A stretch of 64,000 nucleotides of DNA from Thermoplasmatota archaeon. GTDB taxonomy: Archaea; Thermoplasmatota; E2; JACPAO01; JAHFTW01. Under the pieces are notes generated by a model. It worked only from the letters and a program-made list of their open reading frames with translations, was not told where the DNA came from and ran no database searches. The first letter of the stretch is position 1; each line of letters starts with the position of its first letter. Where the stretch lies: positions 703-64,702 of the forward strand of contig JBAZXE010000001.1 in the NCBI GenBank assembly GCA_041659985.1. The letters are read 5' to 3'. Of this stretch, positions 58,163-64,000 are shown piece after piece. A program made the position numbers and the translations under genes.

Positions 58163-59473
58163 TTAGAGCTCGCTCGCCCGGGCGATGCCTTCGCCCATCG
58201 GCGGCTCCGACAGGTCGAGGGTGAATCGGCCCCTCAGGCGCGAAAGCCAGATGGGCGTCACCAGCGTCGTGATGAACACCATGACGAGGATTGCAGCATA
58301 CTGCCAGTTGGCCAGCAGCGCGGTGGAGAGGCCGAGGCCGGCGAAGATCAAGCCGACCTCGCCGCGCGGCACCATGCCGACGCCGACGGGGAGCCGGTTC
58401 GCCTGGCCCTTGACGACGCCGAGTCCGCAGGCCAGCTTTCCAAGGATGGCCAACACGGAGAACCCGATGCCAATGGCCAGCACGGGGCCGACGTTGGCGG
58501 CGAACTGCCCGACGTCGACGCGCATGCCCAGCGTCACGAAGAACAGGCCGACGAACAGTGCCGCCAGCGGACGGAGCTGTTCGAACAAGCGATGCGCGTG
58601 TCGAGTCTCCGCGAGGATCAGGCCGCCTGCGAAGGCCCCCACGATGTCGGCGAGCCCGGCCAGACTGGCCAGGTACGACATTGCGAGCGCGAACGCGACG
58701 GCGAGGACAAGCGGGAAGAATGGCACGCGGAAGCGGTCGGCCAGCGCGTCGTACGCTCTCGGGACCAGCTTCAGCCCTGCCCCGACGGCCACGGCGAGGA
58801 AACCGATGGCGAGACCCAGAATCTTGAGCAGCCCAAGGGTGTTCACGGCGTCGCCTCCGAGCGCGGCGGTGGCGAGCGCCGCGACCACGGCGAGAATGAT
58901 GAGGCCGCCCACGTCGTCGAGCACTGCGGCGCCGAGCACGATGCGGGCCTCGGGACTGCCCAAGCGCCCGAGGTCCGACAGGACGCGCGCGGTGATGCCG
59001 ACGCTCGTGGCGGTGAGCGTCGCCCCGACGAAGACGTGGAGCAGGTAAGCGGGCAACGCCGCGTCCGCCGTCGCCCACGGCGCCCAGACCTCGGCGAGGC
59101 CGTAGCTGGCGGCGAAGCCGATGGCGAACGAAGCCACGATGCCGAGGACGGCGACGAGCAGACTGGAGAGGCCAACCTTGCGCATCTCCTTAATCTTCGA
59201 CTCGAGCCCAACCTCGAACAGCAGCAGGATAGCGCCGACGGCTGCCAAGGCTTCAATGACGGCGACCTCGGAACCATGGTCGCCGCCTGCCACACCCGAC
59301 AGGTCAGGAAGACGAAGGAAGCCTCCGAGTAGACCGGCGGCCAAGAGAAGGCCCGCAACCAGCTCGCCTAGGACCGGAGGAAGCTTGAGGCGCTCGGCGG
59401 CCTCACCGCCAAGCTTGGCCGCGATGAAGAGAACGGCCAAGTCGTAGAGAATGGGCCCGGCGGTCGCAGCCAC
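58163..59473 (-). CDS. Cation:proton antiporter (CPA2/Kef-type Na+/H+ exchanger)
   Basis: 12-13 TM. Sodium/hydrogen exchanger family pattern. Confidence 0.8.
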   Translation of the reverse strand: MAATAGPILYDLAVLFIAAKLGGEAAERLKLPPVLGELVAGLLLAAGLLGGFLRLPDLSGVAGGDHGSEVAVIEALAAVGAILLLFEVGLESKIKEMRKVGLSSLLVAVLGIVASFAIGFAASYGLAEVWAPWATADAALPAYLLHVFVGATLTATSVGITARVLSDLGRLGSPEARIVLGAAVLDDVGGLIILAVVAALATAALGGDAVNTLGLLKILGLAIGFLAVAVGAGLKLVPRAYDALADRFRVPFFPLVLAVAFALAMSYLASLAGLADIVGAFAGGLILAETRHAHRLFEQLRPLAALFVGLFFVTLGMRVDVGQFAANVGPVLAIGIGFSVLAILGKLACGLGVVKGQANRLPVGVGMVPRGEVGLIFAGLGLSTALLANWQYAAILVMVFITTLVTPIWLSRLRGRFTLDLSEPPMGEGIARASEL

Positions 59474-59532
59474 GCCCGCCCAGAGGCGATGGATGTGAAA
59501 GCCATGCCGCCATGCGACGAAGGCGGAGTCAA

Positions 59533-60618
59533 CTAGCGATCGACGCCGTGGCCGTGCGTGGGTCGGCGGTCGCCCTGCGGCACGAGGATGTCGTACTGCT
59601 CGTAGGCGATGCCCATCGTGTAGGTGAGGCCGCCGCCGGCTCCGATGTCTTCCTGCAGCCAGTCGCCGCCGGGCGACGAGACCTCGAAAATGCGCATCGT
59701 GCTGCCGGAGGCGCCAACGTGTTCGGTGACGTACTGCTCTCCCGCCGGCGTCGTCGATGTCACGCGGAACACGCCGGGAGTAATGGCGTAGACGAAGTGC
59801 ATCACCGTGATGCGGTTGAAGTGGTCCTCGACGGTCACGGTGCGCGTCGGGCCCGGGTGGTCCGGATCGGGTCCGAAGGCCGCGTAGTCGATGGCGGTGT
59901 GCATCCCGTCGGGGACGCTGACCCAGCCGCGGAACTCGAAGCCGTGCTCGACGACCTCCCAGCTGACCTCGCCGCCGGATTCCATGCGGATGGCCTCGTG
60001 CGTGCGGGCGTCGTACGTGAGCTTCATCGGAGGCAACCCCCCCATGAGCCCGAACGCGAGGCTCGTCGGATTCGTGGGGTCGGTGGTGGACTCCGGCGCT
60101 GAGTAGGACACAACGGCCGTCTGTTCATCGGCGGATTCCACCGTGGCCACCAGGGGTTGCGTGGCGAACGTGGTCTCCCAGGAATCGCCGGCGACCAGGG
60201 GGAACTTGAACGGCACGAAGACCTCGTTGTGCGTCGCGTAGGACAGGTCAAGGCCGACGTTGCCGAAGGCAGGCGCGTGGTTGGAAATGGCTTCCTTCAC
60301 CCAGCCGTCGTGCGGCATGCCGAAGATGTAGCCCTCGGCCGTTGCGTTGGCGACGACGCGCAGTAGGTCCACCGGGCCCTCGGCCGAGGCAACCTTGATG
60401 CGCCACCATTCGCCTTCGATGAGCCGCGGCGGCGCGCCCGTCGTCGCGTTGAGGTCCGGCCCCACGGCAGGGCCCGTGGCAATGAGCGTCGTGGGAACAT
60501 CGAAAGCGGGCACGGGCTCTTCGACGGCCGCCGGCTCGCTGCAGCCGGCCAAGAGGCTGGTGGCGATGAGGAGGATCAGCCCGGGCCTGGAGAGGCCGGA
60601 GAGGGCGGCGAGTGGCAT
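59533..60618 (-). CDS. Hypothetical secreted lipoprotein
   Basis: Start trimmed to MPLAALSGLSRPGLILLIATSLLAGC (lipobox LAGC). Confidence 0.5.
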   Translation of the reverse strand: MPLAALSGLSRPGLILLIATSLLAGCSEPAAVEEPVPAFDVPTTLIATGPAVGPDLNATTGAPPRLIEGEWWRIKVASAEGPVDLLRVVANATAEGYIFGMPHDGWVKEAISNHAPAFGNVGLDLSYATHNEVFVPFKFPLVAGDSWETTFATQPLVATVESADEQTAVVSYSAPESTTDPTNPTSLAFGLMGGLPPMKLTYDARTHEAIRMESGGEVSWEVVEHGFEFRGWVSVPDGMHTAIDYAAFGPDPDHPGPTRTVTVEDHFNRITVMHFVYAITPGVFRVTSTTPAGEQYVTEHVGASGSTMRIFEVSSPGGDWLQEDIGAGGGLTYTMGIAYEQYDILVPQGDRRPTHGHGVDR

Positions 60619-60686
60619 GCCGGGCCCGTCATGCTTCGGGGCAATAGACCTTGCCACGCTGTCCGGTTCGGCTACCGACCGCCTGC

Positions 60687-62066
60687 CTAGGGAGCGAGTT
60701 CGCCCAGCATCCTCGCGCACGCCTCGCGGCCCTTGTAGAACGACGACAGGCGGAACGATTCCTCCGGCGCGTGCATGTTCTCGTCGCGGTGGCCGAAGCC
60801 GCACAGGATGGGCTCGACGCCGAGGCGCTTCTGCATGTCGGCGACGGCGGGAATGGAACCGCCCTCCGGGATGAGGACTGGTTTCTTCTGCCACGTTGCT
60901 TCAAGGGCGCGTTCGACCGCCTTGACGAGCGGGTGGTCGGGGTCGGCGCGCACGCCCGCTCCCGTCGAGAGCACCGTGACCTTGACCTTCGTACCGGGCT
61001 TGCACAACGACTTGATGTGCCGTTCCACGAGGCGGGCAATTTTCTTCGGGTCCTGGTTGGCGACGAGGCGGCAGGACACCTTGGCGTGGGCGTGCGCTGG
61101 GATGACGGTCTTGGCGCCTTCGCCAGTGTAGCCACCATAGATGCCGTTGATCTCCAATGTCGGGCGCACGCCGATGCGTTCGTACGACGTCCAGCCCTTC
61201 TCGCCCCACAACGCCGACACGCCGGTCTGTTTCTTGAGGCTGGATTCGGATTCGGCGACCTTGGCTAGCCTTGCGCGTTCAGCCTTGCCGACGTTGACGA
61301 CGTCGTCGTAGAAGCCAGGGATGAGCACCCGGCCGGTTTTCGGGTCCTTGAGGCTGGCCAGCATGTGCACGAGCGCCTCATTGGGATTCCACAGAATTCC
61401 GCCGAAGGTTCCGGAGTGCAGGTCCTTCATCGGCCCCTGGACGTCGATTTGAAAGTAGTCGAGGCCGCGCAGCGTGTGCGTCAAGGCAGGTTGGCCTTCG
61501 CCGTGCATGGGGGAGTCGGAAACGATGAGCAAGTCGGCCTGCAATTCCTTGCCCGCCTTGTCGATGACCTCGGAGAAATGCAGCGAGCCCATCTCTTCTT
61601 CGCCCTCGAAGACGACCTTCAGGTTCACCGGGAGTTTCCCCGTCGTCTTGAGCCACGCCTCAGCGGCGAAAACGTGACACATCAACTGCCCCTTGTCGTC
61701 GGTGGTGCCGCGGCCCCACACGCGCCCATCGGCGACGCGCGCCTCGAAAGGTTCGTACTGCCAGCCATCGGATTTCTTTGCGGGCTGCACGTCATAGTGG
61801 CCGTACACCAAAAGAGTCGGCGGCTTCGGTCCGGCGTGGAGCCAATCGGCGACGATAGCCGGAAGGCCCGACGTCTGCACCAGGCGCACGTTCTCCATCC
61901 CCGCTTTGCGGAGGCGAGCCATCAGCCAATCGGCGGCGCGCTGTACATCCTTTGCATACGCCGGATCCGCCGACACGGACGGGATGCGGACAAGCTCCTG
62001 CAGTTCTGCCAGGTGCGCTTCCTTGTTTTTCTCAAGGTGAGCAAGGACCTTGGCCGGCGTTTCCAT
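60687..62066 (-). CDS. M20-family dipeptidase/peptidase (ArgE/DapE/Cps1-like)
   Basis: Start METPAKV. Metal-ligand motifs HYDVQP, GTTDDKG, EGEEEMGS, and His near the C-terminus. Confidence 0.8.
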   Translation of the reverse strand: METPAKVLAHLEKNKEAHLAELQELVRIPSVSADPAYAKDVQRAADWLMARLRKAGMENVRLVQTSGLPAIVADWLHAGPKPPTLLVYGHYDVQPAKKSDGWQYEPFEARVADGRVWGRGTTDDKGQLMCHVFAAEAWLKTTGKLPVNLKVVFEGEEEMGSLHFSEVIDKAGKELQADLLIVSDSPMHGEGQPALTHTLRGLDYFQIDVQGPMKDLHSGTFGGILWNPNEALVHMLASLKDPKTGRVLIPGFYDDVVNVGKAERARLAKVAESESSLKKQTGVSALWGEKGWTSYERIGVRPTLEINGIYGGYTGEGAKTVIPAHAHAKVSCRLVANQDPKKIARLVERHIKSLCKPGTKVKVTVLSTGAGVRADPDHPLVKAVERALEATWQKKPVLIPEGGSIPAVADMQKRLGVEPILCGFGHRDENMHAPEESFRLSSFYKGREACARMLGELAP

Positions 62067-62167
62067 GACTGACGCGACCGGGCGGAGGTCGTTAAGCCTG
62101 ACGAGCGCAAATTCCCGGATTCGCTCCACTTCCTGCAAACCTGGATTCCGCAGATTGTGATTCACCG

Positions 62168-62545
62168 TCAGCGCTTCTTCTTGGCAGAGGCCATCAGTTT
62201 GTTTTCCGCGATGCGCGCCTTGACGAGTTTCTTGACCAACGCTGCCGGCAACGGTTTGTCGGGCGTGAACCGGATGGTGGAGACAGCCGTGTCGTACTTG
62301 GCGAGCTCCGTGGCGTGGGCCTTCATGACCCGCGGGCTCTGCACGTAGAACGAGCAGTGCTCCTTGCCGGCACCGAACGAGACGAGGTTCTTGCCGTCGA
62401 GCCGCAGCATGGGAACACCATAGTTGACGAGCTCCGTGGCGCCGGGGGCCGCAGCATGCAACTGCTTGCGAAGGGCTTCGAGTGCCTCGCGTTGTTCGAC
62501 TGGAACGGCGGCAAGGAACGCCTCGACGGTCTTGGCGGGCATCAT
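62168..62545 (-). CDS. DUF1801 (YdhG-like) protein
   Basis: 125 aa, FLAAVP...REALEALRKQLHAAAPGATELVNYGVPMLRLDGKNLVSFGAGKEHCSFY pattern. Confidence 0.6.
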   Translation of the reverse strand: MMPAKTVEAFLAAVPVEQREALEALRKQLHAAAPGATELVNYGVPMLRLDGKNLVSFGAGKEHCSFYVQSPRVMKAHATELAKYDTAVSTIRFTPDKPLPAALVKKLVKARIAENKLMASAKKKR

Positions 62546-62658
62546 CCTGGCAGCGGTCGCTCGGCGTTAAGCCTGATGCGCTCTCAATCGACGCCAAACG
62601 CCAGTCGTTTCGGTAACCTGGGGCATCCTTCATTTGTCTGCGCTGGCTCGGCGGCGGC

Positions 62659-63660
62659 GTGAGCGAAACAGCCATCGTGGCGCGGGGACTGACCAAGAAC
62701 TTCGGCAAGGTGGAGGCCCTGCGTGGTCTCGACCTCGATGTCCAGCGCGGCCGCATCCTCGTTATCCTCGGCCCCAACGGTGCCGGCAAGACGACTCTCG
62801 TTCGGATCCTCGCCACGCTGCTGCGCCCCGATGGCGGGCGCGCCACGGTCGCCGGGTTCGACGTCGTCAAGGACGCCGTGGCTCTGCGCGCCGAAATTGG
62901 CCTCGCCGGCCAGTATGCGGCTGTGGATGAGCATCTGACCGGTCGCGAAAACTTGCAGCTCGTGGCGCGGCTCTACCACCTCAAGCGCAAGAACGCCAAG
63001 ACCCGCGCCGCAGAATTGCTGGCCGACGTCGGTCTCACGGAGGACGCCGACCGCGTCGTCAAGGGCTACTCCGGCGGCATGCGACGGCGCCTCGACCTCG
63101 CGGCAGCCCTCATCGGCGACCCGCAGGTGCTCTTCCTCGACGAACCGACCACCGGCCTCGATCCGCCGAGCCGGCTGGCCATCTGGAGCAAGATCGCCGT
63201 CCTTCGCGAGGCGGGCAAGACAATCGTCCTCACCACGCAGTACCTCGAGGAGGCCGACCGCCTGGCCGACCGCGTCGTCGTCGTGGACCACGGCAGGATC
63301 ATCGCGGAGGGAACCGTGTCCGAGCTGAAGACCCAAGTCGGCGGCGACGTCGTGGAGATCACGCTGGAGGACGCCGCGCACGTCAAAGGCGTCGCCGCGG
63401 CCCTCAAGTCGCGCAAGCCCAAGGTCGACGTTGAACGCCGGCGCATCCAGGTGCCCGCGCCGAAGGGCGCCCAATCGCTGGCCGAAGTTCTGGGCAAGAT
63501 TCCCGTCGCGGCCCGCGCCAAGGCTGAAGTCGCCCTGCGGCGGCCCACGCTGGACGACGTGTTCCTGGTGCTCACCGGCCATGTCGCCGAGGAAGCGAAG
63601 CCCGGCAACGGCCAGGACGCGGCTGCGGCCAAAGGGGCACGCAAGGGAGGTGCAGCATGA
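62659..63660 (+). CDS. ABC-2 type exporter ATP-binding protein (DrrA-like)
   Basis: Walker A GPNGAGKTT, signature YSGGMRRRL, Walker B LFLDEP. Confidence 0.9.
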   Translation: MSETAIVARGLTKNFGKVEALRGLDLDVQRGRILVILGPNGAGKTTLVRILATLLRPDGGRATVAGFDVVKDAVALRAEIGLAGQYAAVDEHLTGRENLQLVARLYHLKRKNAKTRAAELLADVGLTEDADRVVKGYSGGMRRRLDLAAALIGDPQVLFLDEPTTGLDPPSRLAIWSKIAVLREAGKTIVLTTQYLEEADRLADRVVVVDHGRIIAEGTVSELKTQVGGDVVEITLEDAAHVKGVAAALKSRKPKVDVERRRIQVPAPKGAQSLAEVLGKIPVAARAKAEVALRRPTLDDVFLVLTGHVAEEAKPGNGQDAAAAKGARKGGAA

Positions 63661-64000
63661 CCGTCGCGACGCGCTGGCAGCGCTTCGGCTGGTCCTTCTC
63701 CGACACGTGGCTGGTCACGTGGCGCAACCTGATGTTCTTCGCGCGCAACCCGTACTGGATTATGATTGCCGTCATCCAGCCCATCATGTTCACGCTGCTG
63801 TTCGTCTTCGTCTTCGGCGGCGCCATTGCCCTTCCGGGGGACCTGTCGTACGCCGACTACGCCATCCCGGGCATCATCATCCAAACCGTGGTGTTCAGCT
63901 CACTGGGCTCCGGCATCAACATCGCCGACGACATGCAGAAAGGCGTCATGGACCGCTACCGCAGCCTGCCCATCGGTCGCGGCGTCGTCTTGACCGCCCG
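63657..64000 (+). CDS. ABC-2 type exporter permease (partial, continues beyond window)
   Basis: ATGA overlap with the ATPase. Hydrophobic ABC-2 permease N-terminus. Confidence 0.7.
   Translation, partial: MTVATRWQRFGWSFSDTWLVTWRNLMFFARNPYWIMIAVIQPIMFTLLFVFVFGGAIALPGDLSYADYAIPGIIIQTVVFSSLGSGINIADDMQKGVMDRYRSLPIGRGVVLTA

Overview
High-GC (about two-thirds G+C by eye) chromosomal segment from an archaeon, most likely a euryarchaeote. Coding density is high and many gene junctions overlap as ATGA or TGATG. A tRNA-Gly gene sits between pfdA and ftsY. There are PGF-CTERM-like C-terminal anchors on several surface proteins, a herA-mre11-rad50 operon, an Rpp21 gene, and a GTPase/DUF2073/Zn-ribbon triad. 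The left third holds the classic conserved archaeal translation cluster on the minus strand: rpp21, yhbY, rps19e, a PDCD5-like DNA-binding protein, rpl39e, rpl31e, eif6, rplX, pfdA, tRNA-Gly, ftsY. Two paralogous surface proteins with thrombospondin type-3 Ca-binding repeats lie downstream of it. The middle carries two separate phosphate-uptake modules (Pit+PhoU-like and PstSCAB+PhoU), tRNA-Val and tRNA-Asp, rpl10e, purA, and a metal homeostasis cluster (ArsR, ZIP, NikR). It also carries the split PLP-synthase genes pdxS and pdxT, a KvAP-like K+ channel and a P5C dehydrogenase. The right third carries TldD/PmbA, rad50-mre11-herA, a CPA2 antiporter, an M20 peptidase and an ABC-2 exporter. Most remarkable non-genic signals: (i) an approximately 730-nt structured, lower-GC noncoding region with two tandem approximately 68-nt repeats and a perfect 10-bp hairpin, ending in a strongly SD-preceded 26-aa Lys-rich mini-ORF; (ii) a 65-nt tandem repeat at the pstB/phoU junction that creates two translationally coupled 21-aa mini-ORFs; (iii) a TATTGAG motif recurring in both phosphate-transporter promoters; (iv) a duplicated 3' half of tRNA-Val, resembling an att remnant; (v) a GAATCCG/CGGATTC-rich motif family at 3' ends of transcription units. 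All calls are from reading the sequence and ORF translations. No database search was run.
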